Origin: Octopus vulgaris
Lineage: Eukaryota
Reading direction: 5' to 3'
Length of the DNA: 64,000 bases
Assembly (NCBI GenBank): GCA_951406725.2
Contig: OX597831.1
Location: 47,368,001 to 47,432,000 of the forward strand
Each line of letters begins with the position of its first letter. Position 1 is the stretch's first letter. A program made the position numbers and the translations under genes. A model generated the notes under the pieces. That model was given only the letters and a program-made list of their open reading frames with translations. It made no database searches and was not told where the DNA came from. This document shows positions 48,401 through 56,735 of the stretch, piece by piece.

Positions 48401-50587
48401 ATAAGCCCATCATATTTTTGTATGTATGTGTCTGTGTGTGTGTGTGCTTGAGTGTCTGTGTTTGTCCCCCCACCACCATTTGATAACTGGAATTGGTGTG
48501 TTTACATCCCCATAACTTAGCAGTTCAGCAAAATAGATCGATAGAATAAGTAGCAGACTTAAGATGCCTGCTTGACATCGTCCTCCATTTTACCTGACAA
48601 AGAGGTATTAACCCGTATTAACCCCAAAATACACGGTAAACTGTAAACTGTGGTTCTCTCTTCCTTCCATTTACATTCATTTATTTTATTTTGCATTATA
48701 TTCACTTGTAAACAATTTCAACTTTGAATAATTCTTAAAATCAAAGTGCACAAAGTAAAAATGATTAACTTCTAGCTGTTATTAAGTAGTTTACTTTCTT
48801 TTTTTTTTTTTTTTTTGAATAAAACTTCAATAAAAAATTACGGAGATCTATTTGCATAGCAAGTGACTTGATCTGAGATCGTGTGCTGAAACAAAAACAA
48901 TTGCAACAATCTGTTCACTGACAAAACACTTCAGCACAAAGTTTTGTCAGTGAACAGGTCGTGGTTGAAGTGTTCTTATATATAGTTATATATATAATGA
49001 AGGATTTAAAATTGTGGTATGAGTACTTTAAATTGAGTTTTGTATAATGAAATATGGGTGAGTTCATATCAGAAGGGTTAATTTCAGAGAAACTTGTTTC
49101 AATTCCACTGCATGGATCCTTGAATAAGTGGCTTGTACTTGTGACCAGAATTGGCAATGGCTAACTGCAACAAGGAACCTTTCGTGTGTGTGTGTATGTA
49201 AAAATTATTGTTCGTGTGTTGGTGTGTGTGGGCATAAGTGTGTGTATGTTGTGTCTTCTCCTTGTCTTGACATTGCCTGACAGACAAGAGGAAATAGTAT
49301 CTTACTTGGAAACAAGTGAAGGTTGAGAAAATGAAGGACATCTGGATGAGAAAAATTACCTCAATACATCTTGTCTTTCCCACAGTTGCATTGAAAAATT
49401 GAACAGTAAAATAATTAGTGGGTGGCAATGCTAAGCAGTGATGTGTACTAATACAAGGTTTAAATATGCTCCTGGCATATTCAAACCTGTAAGAAAGCAG
49501 TTTACTGTGTTTAGTCGTGGAGAAAATTCCTTGTAGACAAATGCTGTAAATACACCTAAAATCAGCTCACAGACTGAGATGCAAACATTTCAGAGTAATT
49601 ATCGCCTCTTCAGCCACAAAAACCAGACAGGGATTTGTGGTTGTGAGGTGCACTATGAGCTGATAAGGGAGATTGTCTCTCTTATGATATTTCCATCATT
49701 GTATGATGACTGGTAGCGCTAATCAGTAACTCACTGTAAACAAATTATCGGGTGGTAGCAATAAGCAGTGATTAGTATAAATACAAGGTTCTTACCTGTT
49801 TAAATATGCTTGTTGCATATTTGAACCAATAAGATGATATATATATATATATGTATATATATCTCCGTGCCAGTGGCACGTAAAAAGCACCACCCATTTG
49901 TGGCCGTTGCCAGCCTCGCCTAGCCTCCGTGCCAGTAGCACCATCCGTTCATGGCCATTGCCAGCCTCGCCTGGCCCTCGTGCCAGTGGCACGTAAAAAG
50001 CACCATCCGTCCGTGGCTGTTTGCCAGCTCCATCTGGCACCTGTGCGGGTGGCACGTAAAAAGCACCCACTACACTCACGGAGTGGTTGGCGTTAGGAAG
50101 GGCATCCAGCCGTAGAAACACTGCCAGATCAGACTGGGCCTGATGCAGCCTTCTGGCTTCACAGACCCCAGTTGAACCGTCTAACCCATGCTAGCATGGA
50201 AAGCGGATGCTAAACGATGATGATGATGAAGAAAGCCATTCTCTGTGTTTTGCCATAATGTAAAATAATGGTGATGATCAGTAAAATATATTTTATCGCT
50301 CTTTGATGAAAGCTCTTATTCAAAACATTACACTTCTTTCCCTCACTTAGATAAAATAATTTTATTACTCTTTGTAAATTTTCAAATTTTTTTTTGTAAT
50401 CAATTTGTATAATTCTATATTATTTTAACATAAGAATCTTTATTGTTTTTGTTTTTTTTTCAGCATAAAAATCAATCTAGACGATGCAATTAAAAAGGGT
50501 GAACAGCTTTTCCATCATTATTGTAAAAAAATGGTAGATGACTGCTTTCTTGAAGTGAATCCTGGCCTTTCTTCAAAGGCACTTTAG
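9117..50587 (+). CDS. Spliced gene for a TBC-domain Rab GTPase-activating protein (Gyp7/TBC1D15/17/25/SGSM-like group); 11 exons, about 646 codons; 5' end unresolved
   Basis: Join 9117-9328,10732-10807,12407-12519,15245-15963,27366-27469,37331-37463,39761-39842,43277-43364,45619-45767,47976-48117,50464-50587. All introns are GT-AG and phases match at every junction. TBC motifs: LRKAVFLGGIQPSLRKSVWPFLFGMYP, IIKRDVPRTDR, GYTQGMND, AYWCF, RWLVVGFKREF. Confidence 0.93.
10732..10807 (+). CDS. TBC gene exon B (GIQPSLRKSVWPFLFGMYPCQSTKR)
   Basis: ttcattag acceptor, AG|GTATGG donor. TBC motif A (LR..VW.FL.G.YP). Confidence 0.93.
11759..12140 (+). mobile_element. tRNA-derived SINE family C, tail type 1
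   Basis: TGGCCCAGTGGTTAG A box, GTTTCGATTCCC B box; ACATACATGA repeated on both flanks. Confidence 0.88.
12407..12519 (+). CDS. TBC gene exon C (EREIIKLEYVIKYHEMKAHCLHVLNKLEAAAAKANTG)
   Basis: ttgcag acceptor, G|GTAAGT donor. In phase on both sides; ER......Y...K helix typical after motif A. Confidence 0.88.
12878..13260 (+). mobile_element. SINE family A copy
   Basis: Full head-to-tail match to 4752-5150 with one internal deletion. Confidence 0.9.
13904..14104 (+). mobile_element. piggyBac-type MITE, family 2
   Basis: TTAA|CCCTTTAGCATT...AATGCTAAAG termini. Other copies at about 133-464, 40350-40940 (interrupted), 43554-43774 and 47761-47952. Confidence 0.8.
14640..15063 (-). mobile_element. 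Internally deleted RTE-type LINE derivative (5'UTR-like part fused to RT 3' end)
   Basis: Minus-strand SWRQDTKAELKNKGSSWREAEK resembles RTE ORF C-termini. The upstream part resembles 52990-53100 (shared GGTCCTACC..GGA.C...CATA.CTCT). Confidence 0.5.
15245..15963 (+). CDS. TBC gene exon D, 719 nt, Ser/acidic-rich insert
   Basis: Longest ORF in the window (15223-15984). ttccag acceptor, CAG|GTGAGT donor; phases fit exons C and E. Confidence 0.88.
16017..16452 (+). mobile_element. SINE with family A head and an alternative tail ending in (GAT)n
   Basis: A-type head, then ...AGGAAGGGCATCC...CCCATGCAAGCAT...GGACGTTAA(GAT)n. Similar copies at about 10890-11305(-) and 25632-26030(-). Confidence 0.75.
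19760..20720 (+). mobile_element. L1/Tx1-clade LINE ORF2 3' relic
   Basis: Translation shows LEHILFWFLWKGHVLLVR, a frameshifted PLDGRLSMP (GGLG-type motif), and zinc-knuckle-like CLRCTHNEETILHALVQYPSIADLWNYVEQ; many stops. Confidence 0.75.
21223..21765. mobile_element. Dispersed repeat inserted in an (ATT)n tract
   Basis: Bounded by (ATT)n on both sides. Its middle part recurs at about 46040-46207. Confidence 0.6.
21765..22111. repeat. ~350-bp compound (ATT/ATC/TTC)n microsatellite
   Basis: Directly visible; source of the poly-I/Y/N pseudo-ORFs. Confidence 0.97.
22112..22250 (-). mobile_element. Retroelement 3' tail in (TAA)n, possibly R4/Dong-related
   Basis: Minus strand GAGGTCTCTGGGTGAGACTTGG...CATAGAATAATAAT runs into (AAT)n. 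Clade assignment is from recalled similarity only. Confidence 0.4.
22897..23182. repeat. Near-perfect inverted repeat, 132-bp arms, 22-nt loop
   Basis: 22897-23028 is the reverse complement of 23051-23182 with about 3 mismatches. Confidence 0.92.
23263..23620 (-). mobile_element. SINE family A copy
   Basis: Reverse-complement match to family A. Confidence 0.88.
23829..24260 (+). mobile_element. SINE family B, two tandem copies
   Basis: Two head-to-tail matches to family B. Confidence 0.88.
27366..27469 (+). CDS. TBC gene exon E with arginine finger (IYAKKQKVQRKKFWGDMRIIKRDVPRTDRNHELFR)
   Basis: tttatag acceptor, CG|GTAATT donor. IxxDxxR motif. Confidence 0.95.
27862..28265 (-). mobile_element. 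SINE family A copy (young, CpGs retained)
   Basis: Full-length reverse-complement match. Confidence 0.9.
28860..29278. mobile_element. Fold-back/MITE-like element with ~165-bp arms and a 24-bp tandem core
   Basis: TA|GGAAAATG...CATTTTCC|TA. Four-plus copies of GTTTCAATGTTGACAAATCAAAAT at 29007-29111. Confidence 0.8.
29895..30213 (+). mobile_element. SINE family C, tail type 2, inserted in a pogo MITE
   Basis: Same ~190-bp 5' part as 11759, different 3' part. TSD AATCCCCCAACT/AATCTCTCAACT. Confidence 0.85.
32075..32159. repeat. Perfect 31-bp inverted repeat at the end of a ~240-bp insert in (TA)n
   Basis: 32075-32105 pairs with 32129-32159. Confidence 0.85.
33514..33962 (-). mobile_element. 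SINE family A copy
   Basis: Full-length reverse-complement match with an expanded internal (TA)n. Confidence 0.9.
34844..35116 (+). mobile_element. hAT-like MITE
   Basis: CAG...TTG termini (degenerate TIR). 8-bp TSD CCAATGAT/CCTATGAT splits an older repeat. Confidence 0.6.
37331..37463 (+). CDS. TBC gene exon F with glutamine finger (LRNMLTTYTYFHREVGYTQGMNDIAASF)
   Basis: tttgcag acceptor, GAG|GTAAAC donor. GYxQGM motif. Confidence 0.95.
37761..38002 (+). mobile_element. hAT (Charlie-like) MITE
   Basis: CAGAGGTGGGCAAC / GTTGCCCATGTATG termini; 8-bp TSD CTTTACTT/CTTCACTT. Confidence 0.75.
38473..38845 (-). mobile_element. SINE family A copy
   Basis: Full-length reverse-complement match. 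Confidence 0.9.
38870..39123. repeat. Degenerate ~250-bp palindrome in (TA)n context
   Basis: Arms about 38870-38972 and 39021-39123, plus inner 20-bp hairpin 38973-39016. Confidence 0.8.
39761..39842 (+). CDS. TBC gene exon G (PLAYWCFQSYMESVKEEFKEDGLVRKM)
   Basis: tttcag acceptor, G|GTAAGT donor. AYWCF motif. Confidence 0.93.
39918..40320 (+). mobile_element. SINE family A copy with duplicated head
   Basis: GGGGCAGGAGTGGCTGTG... is followed by a second GGCGCAGGAGTGGCT, then the full body. Confidence 0.9.
40452..40835 (-). mobile_element. SINE family A copy inserted in a piggyBac MITE
   Basis: Reverse-complement match; MITE halves on either side. Confidence 0.85.
41264..41485 (+). mobile_element. 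SINE family D, tail type 2
   Basis: D head/core plus GAGTAATCCTGCAATAGACTGG.GTCCC tail. Also at about 13590-13820(-), 51742-52015 and 55905-56140. Confidence 0.75.
42053..42265 (-). mobile_element. 5'-truncated tRNA-headed SINE with a hammerhead-like (Penelope-type) 3' module
   Basis: Head GGTTAAGAGCG...GTTCGATTCC (B box). Tail GACAC CUGAUAU A GGCUG..CAGCC GAAACGUU GUGUU. Flanked by 8-bp direct repeats CCTCGTTT (42045-42052 and 42266-42273). Confidence 0.7.
42368..42589 (+). mobile_element. piggyBac-type MITE, family 1
   Basis: TTAA|CCCTTTCGTTAC...GTAACGAAAGGG|TAA. Near-identical copy at 63592-63812; partial copy at 1-128. Confidence 0.85.
43277..43364 (+). CDS. TBC gene exon H (DKVQQLLNEVDAEVRRHLTEYQLSMVCCQR)
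   Basis: ttacag acceptor, AG|GTAAAT donor. LL...D..L..HL motif. Confidence 0.92.
43416..43805 (+). mobile_element. Mariner-type MITE containing a nested piggyBac MITE (43554-43774)
   Basis: TA|CAAGGGGGTGCTGTAAAGTTCCTG ... CAGGAACTTTTCAGCATCCCCTTG|TA. Inner element bounded by TTAA. Confidence 0.85.
44056..44397 (+). mobile_element. SINE family D, tail type 3
   Basis: GAAGGCACATGGCTCAGTGGTTAGAGC head and core, followed by a tail not seen elsewhere in the window. Confidence 0.75.
44775..45300 (-). pseudogene. Decayed mariner transposase
   Basis: Minus-strand translation gives WVP*QLT, KVMATV, YIETLKKLRETIRRKRP, HHDN and YSPDLTPSDFYLF in the correct order, with stops and frameshifts. Confidence 0.88.
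45619..45767 (+). CDS. TBC gene exon I (WLVVGFKREFDLEDSLKCFEIINSRHLEL...)
   Basis: ttcctcag acceptor, G|GTAAGT donor. RW....FKREF motif. Confidence 0.94.
47761..47952 (+). mobile_element. piggyBac-type MITE family 2 copy next to the exon J acceptor
   Basis: TTAA on both sides; matches the family 2 sequence. Confidence 0.8.
47976..48117 (+). CDS. TBC gene exon J (GTLRMVSSMDKPPYSFDIFMCAALLLELREEIFNWTSLEDIYVGMN)
   Basis: ttgcag acceptor, AG|GTCAGT donor. F..F.C.A.L...R..I C-terminal TBC helix. Confidence 0.92.
49863..50228 (+). mobile_element. Retroposon family E with internal ~60-bp tandem units and a (GAT)n tail
   Basis: Repeated GTGCCAGTGGCACGTAAAAAGCACC units, then GGTTGGCGTTAGGAAGGGCATCCAGC...(GAT)n. 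Other copies at about 2762-2990(-), 10139-10458(-), 35860-36167(+), 58505-58790(-), 62623-62930(-). Confidence 0.88.
50464..50587 (+). CDS. TBC gene terminal coding exon (IKINLDDAIKKGEQLFHHYCKKMVDDCFLEVNPGLSSKAL*)
   Basis: Long T tract plus cag acceptor; in phase; TAG at 50585-50587. Confidence 0.9.
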
Positions 50588-51232
50588 AAAATCTTTATAA
50601 TTTGAAATATTTTGTTTTTTTTTAATATATCCTCTCAAGGAAATGACTGGACCATATTTTGCTCAGGACTTTTGATAATTGATTTTATTATTTTTATTAT
50701 TATTATTATCATTATTATTATTATTATTATTATTTATTATTATTATTATTATTATTATTTATTATTATTGATGAGTGCTGTGTATACTGTTAAATTCTTG
50801 GTGATCCAAGTCTAGTACACAGTTTTGATTTCCAATTGAAACTGCTTATGTGGCTAACCGACATCACAACTTCCTGTTTCTTCTGATAGCTTGAGGTTTC
50901 TTGCCTAAATAGGAAATCACAATCATCAATAATTTATTATTATTACTATTTAAATAATTGTTATTATTAATATTATTGACATCATCTTCATCATCACCAT
51001 CATGTCCTCAATAAGCTACACATACTTTAGTAATCTAATTTCCTGTTTTTATTGATTTTATGAAATGTGTCATGCAATTTTAATGTTTTATCTCTTCGTA
51101 TAAAATCGTATTGTTTATATATTTTAAATCAAAATTACTTGCTTTCAACAACTAAGAATATATCTGCCTCAGCCAAGCTAAATGATAGGTTTAGATTGTT
51201 AATGAAATATTATTTTAACGCTCATTTAAGCT

Positions 51233-51238
51233 AATAAA
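51233..51238 (+). promoter_or_regulatory. Candidate polyadenylation signal of the TBC gene
   Basis: AATAAA about 650 nt after the stop in AT-rich 3'UTR-like sequence. Weak evidence given the base composition. Confidence 0.3.
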
Positions 51239-52769
51239 AATTATATATATAATAGTATACTCTGCTCAGTTAACTTAAACTAAATATAAAATAGCAATCA
51301 ACTACTTTACAAACCTGTCTTTATCATATTAGGTAATTATTTACTTGTATATTGTTATCACAATAACACAGTTTTAAAATGTTTTGAGAAATATATGCAG
51401 AGTCAATAGGGCTTTTTATTAATAATTTGATGTCAAACTGGTTTGCAACAATAATGCACTGTCGAAATGACTTTCAATAATGACACAATGGCAATATCAT
51501 TTGCCACTAGCTCAATGTCAAAAGTGTTTGATGATAACACAGCATAAAACTGGTTGCAGCTGATGCAGTATTAAACTATAGGCACAGTTTGGCTGAATGG
51601 TTAAGATGTTTGTTCTGCAATCAGGAGGTCCTGAGTTTACTCCCATTCTGTAGCATCTTGGGCAAATGTCATTTTCTATAGCCTCAGGTCAACCTTTATC
51701 TTATGAGTGGAACTGAATAGCTGGAAACTGTATAGAGGGATGGAAGGCATGTGGCCTGATGGTTAGGGGTTGAACTCATGGTTATGAGATTATGGTTTTG
51801 ATTCCTGGACTGGGTGATGTATTGTGTTCTTGAACCAAACACTTAATTTCATGTTGTTCTGGTTCACTCAGCTGTAAATGATTTCCATTGATAGCAGGGA
51901 AGTTAACTCTGTAATGGACTAGCATCCTGTCCAGTAGGGAATATTTTAATCTTAGTCACTTATATGTCATGGAAATTGAGTTAACCTCCAACCTTCTGAG
52001 TTCTAGGGCTCAGGGAAAGGTGATGAAACTGTACAGAGGCCCATCTAATGGATTGTACCTATAAACTGGCACTTTGTCAGTTACAGTGATAGGAGTTCCA
52101 GTTGCTCTGATCAACAGAACAGCCTGCTTGTGAAATTAGCATGCAAGTGGCTGAGTACTCCACAGACATGTGTACCCTTAATGTAGTTCTCGGAGATATT
52201 CAGTGTGACACACCAAATGTGATAAAGCTGGCCCTTTGAAATACATGTACAACTTATTTTTGCCAGCTGAGTGGACTGGAGAAATAAGAAATAAAGTGTC
52301 TTGCTCAAGGACACAAAGTACCGTCAGGAATCGAACTCATACCTTACAACCTCGAGCCGAATACCCTAACCACTATGCCATGCATTTTCGCATTGTACCT
52401 ATAATTCATTAAGGTACAACTTTGTCAAATATTTTATCAGTCTGATTCTACCTGAGAATTACATTGAAGCTACATGTGTCGATAGAATGTTCAGAAACAT
52501 ATGCATTAGTTCAGGAGCAGGTAATTGAGTTGACCAATCGACTGAATCCTCATAAATGAACGAGAGGCCCATATTGAGGCAGTGCCAAATGGATTCATCA
52601 CCACTGCAGTCTCATGACAATTTGCCATTAATGCAATGCCAAACCAGTTTGGTGCCTGTGTTTGATTCCAACACAATGCCAAAATTATTTTGACATCATT
52701 AGTGTAATGTAGAAATATTTTGGCTTCAGTGCAGTGTCAAGTATTACTTACTTGTACTTGTGGCGACAT

Positions 52770-53100
52770 TCACCCTGGGCAGGTTGAGTCGGCTTCTTCC
52801 ATGGAAGAAGTTTCGTGGGAATATGTGGATTTCACAAGCGGTCCCCAACAATCCCGCATGTAGAGACATCCTGTTTGCCGCAGATTGTCTGCAGGCACAT
52901 GGACAGAACGGCTGAGGAGCCGTCGGTTGCGGAAACAGACACTCCGAGGATTTTCACCAGAGCCCCATCTGCCAGGTTGTGGCCCTAATACCACTTGGTG
53001 TGAGACCAATCCGCCTTGGGTGGTCCTACCAGGAACCTAAGTTCCCGACGGCATAACTCTGACACTACCCATTGCCAGCGTCCGCACCATGGTGAGGAGG
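52770..53100 (-). mobile_element. GC-rich retroelement 5'-region fragment (RTE-like)
   Basis: GC-rich, CpG-retaining island sharing a motif with 14980-15063. No convincing ORF. Confidence 0.4.
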
Positions 53101-53775
53101 GTGTCAAGTATTAAGAGTACTTGGTACTAAATTCAATGTTGAATTAACTTTGCAGTGGTGTGCTACTGAAATAACTTTGCACCGGCCTTGTGAAAGTAAT
53201 TATTTTACATCATTTTAGAGTTGATATTACATACCAACCTTCCTGACAACTTCATATTTTTGTTGACATGTTTTTACTAGAACATACTTTTGCTCATGTC
53301 TCATTCACCAAGTGTTGAGATATGTTTCACCGATGCTCATATTAACATGCAACATTTCTTATTTATTGATACATCGCATTCATCATTAACTACTGACTTA
53401 ACACGATAACACTTCTCATTGGTCGAGTGTTGACTCCTCATATTGACTCAGCATTGAAATACCACAAGGATATATTACAGAAAATTCACAGTAATTTAGT
53501 ATTAGCAAATATTACCATAAGGATGCAGTGCATAGATTCCATGTTGAACTGATGCATACTAACTAGGTGTTGACTATTTTATATTACTGTCATGTGGCAT
53601 ATAATATGGAATTTTTTGTGAGACTAGGAACAAGGTTAAATTCAACACACACGCACACACACACATATATATATACACCGGAGTAAGTACATAAATGTGA
53701 AAGAAGGTGGAAAAAATAGGACTTGAATACCAGAAGTAGAGAAATATGCTTTATTAAAAAGCAGCAGAAAAATTA

Positions 53776-53826
53776 ACAAAAACTGTTACTCAGAGTTTCA
53801 CATTCCTGTTCGCCAGACAGTTTTGT
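53776..53826 (-). ncRNA. Minimal type I hammerhead ribozyme motif (one core substitution)
   Basis: Minus strand reads ACAAAACUGU CUGGCGA ACA-GGAA-UGU GAAA CUC-U-GAG UA ACAGUUUUUGU. All three helices form; core CUGANGA has A6G. Confidence 0.75.
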
Positions 53827-54872
53827 CCAACAAACAGCAACGTGAAACTCTGAGTAATGGTTTTTGTGATATTTCTGCTGCTTTTTAATAAAGTACACAC
53901 ACATACATACATACATATATAGAGAGAGATGAGGGGAGATCAGCTGAATTGATTTTATAATAATCACTGATAATGGATTAATTTATAAACTCTGGTGTAA
54001 TATAAGGTAAAGGCTGCAACTTTTGTTGAATTTGATGTCAGAATAAATTAAAGAGACATGAGACTAGTAAATGTTGCTTTACCATTTCCGCTGACTCACC
54101 ATAGCTTCGTGAAACCTCTTTCAGTATTACATATTACTTCTGAGTTCCAGTTCCACCCAGTCTAGCTTTGCCTTGATTTCTTACAGGGCTGATGTTATTG
54201 ATTATGTCCCCTACCTGTTATGCTATGTAATGTTGGTATAGATTTTTACACACTGGGTGAAAATCATGACTATATATGGTTGTTCTAATCTTGAAACTCC
54301 AAACCACTGTATAACATTCATAATACAGCTTTAAATCTGTTTTCACTTCACTATAGCATCAACATATTGTCTGACCGCTATAGGTTTTGAAACAGTGTTT
54401 AACATACTGTCACATCGCATGCCACTTTCCTATTGCAATGCTGTCATGATGTGATATAAGTCTGTTGTTGGCATTATTTCTTTTACTTGTTTCAGTCATT
54501 GGATTGCAGCCATACTGAGGCACTGCCTTGAAGGGATTTAATTGAACAAATTGACCCTAGTACTTATTTTTATAAAACCTGGTACTTATTCTGTCAGTCT
54601 CTTTTGACACCAGTTGTCAAGCAGTGAGTGGACAGATACATACACAAAGACACACATATAAAACATATATATATATACATATATAACACACACACACATA
54701 TATATATATATATACAAATAAGAAAATGGAGGAACAGATTCCTTTCAATCATCGACTTACAGATATTACCAATTCATATTATTTATTAACTACTTAAATA
54801 GGAACATCCAAATCCAACAGAATAAAACAATATACATCAATAAGTGAAATAACCCCTATCTCACTTTTGTAC

Positions 54873-54903
<31 letters not shown>

Positions 54904-54917
54904 AACAAACATATATA

Positions 54918-54969
<52 letters not shown>

Positions 54970-56184
54970 TGGGTTTCTTTCAGTTTCTGTCTACCAAATC
55001 TATTCACTAGGCTTTGGTTTGTCCTGGGACTATACTAAAAAGCACTCATCCAAAGTGTCACACAGTAGAACTGAACCCAAAGCCATGTGCTCAGAGCCAT
55101 CCCCATGCTTTACCATGCCTACTCATTATGTTAGTTTATATTGTCACATGGTTTTTATTTTTATTTCAATGCCTTCACCTAATTTTACCTGTGCTGATAC
55201 TTAACATTAGCACATTACAATGTTACCATAGCATTAGTACTGTGTTGTCACATCCCACCACTGCAACGTTACACTGCCATCACATCAGTTAATACACTAC
55301 CACAATGTAGGCTTGTCACACTGTATGGTCACCCTATTGTATTGTTACACATGCTGTTTTGCCATTTTGCCTAGATATAACATAGTCAAGGTCTCATTGC
55401 ATAATACTCTCACACCCGCGTAAACTTAGTGTTGTACTATATTTTTACACCAATGTTACTGTAACGTTAATGTTCCATATGAATGTATGTCGTGTTGTTG
55501 TGTTAATATAATAATGTCTCACTGCTTTGATGTTCATGTATTACTTCATTTTGTTATCTTACCATTGTAATGTTAGCATGATGGCACATATATTTGCATA
55601 TTACTTGCAATTTTATTGATTTTTTTTTTTAGTATATCATTATATTACTGCAATATAGATATAACGTTTCACTGTGTTGTCAGAGTGTTGCTATGTCAAT
55701 ATGTGAATTCATACATATACACATATATGTAAATATATGCATATATGCATATGCACACATATATAAATACATACATACATACCTATCTATCTATCTGTCT
55801 GCTTGCCTGCCTGCCTATCTATCTATCTATCCTACATCTCATCTCATATGTACCATTCTTCTCCAGTATTCTATCATACCTCTGCAGTAATACAATATTA
55901 TCACTGTAGTGGTCTTGTTGTTAGGGTGCTGCACTCACTATCACAAGATTGCGGTTTCAATTCCTGGACTGGGAAGTGCATTATGTTCTTGAGCAAAACA
56001 CATCATTTCTTGTTGTTCCAGTTCACTCAGCTCTTAATGAGTAATCCTGCAACAGACTTGCATCCTTTTCAATGGTAATGTTGGGATCTTGGTCCCTTAT
56101 ATTAAAACCAGGTAACTAGCTGTACGAATCCTTGGGCTTGAGACTAATGTCCAGGTGTTAATGATAATGATCATAATGACTGTA

Positions 56185-56735
56185 GTAATATTATAGTCAC
56201 ATCACTTCAATGATACCATATTATGAAACTACTACTGCATTACAGGATTGTCATTTCACTACAATGGTGCAGCAGTGTCACACCACTATGGTTATACCAT
56301 GATATCACACTATTGCAAGGAAACTTTGTTGTCACACCTTACAGTGATACAATATTGTCATACCTCTACAATGATATGTTGTTGTAACACCACATCAGTA
56401 ATATAGTATTGTCACACCTCTGCAGTTACAACATTGTCCCATCGGTGTAGTAATACATCCTTGTCACACACCTGCAATGATACATTGTCATATTGGCTAC
56501 GGTGATATAATGATGTTATACCTTAGCAAGGACACATTGTTATCACAACATAGCAGTAATCCAACATTGTTACATCATGACAGCAATAGACATTTTCGAG
56601 CCACTGCAATGATAATACAAAACTGTCCTGTCACTGCAATGACATACTGTTGTCAAACTACTTCAATGATACACTAATGACACGACACCGTTGCCATACA
56701 TTATTGTCAAACCACTATAGTATTTGTTATACATT
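56185..56735. repeat. Degenerate ~25-bp minisatellite
   Basis: Recurring ATTGTCACAC..CTGCAGTGATAC-like units at roughly 25-bp spacing. Confidence 0.65.

Noticed and set aside
48911-48957. 17-bp inverted repeat CTGTTCACTGACAAAAC
   Set aside because: Real hairpin, but it lies in what looks like DNA-transposon debris with no further interpretable signal.
50573-50587. C-terminal SKAL as a peroxisomal signal
   Set aside because: Terminal tripeptide KAL does not fit the PTS1 consensus [S/A/C][K/R/H][L/M].
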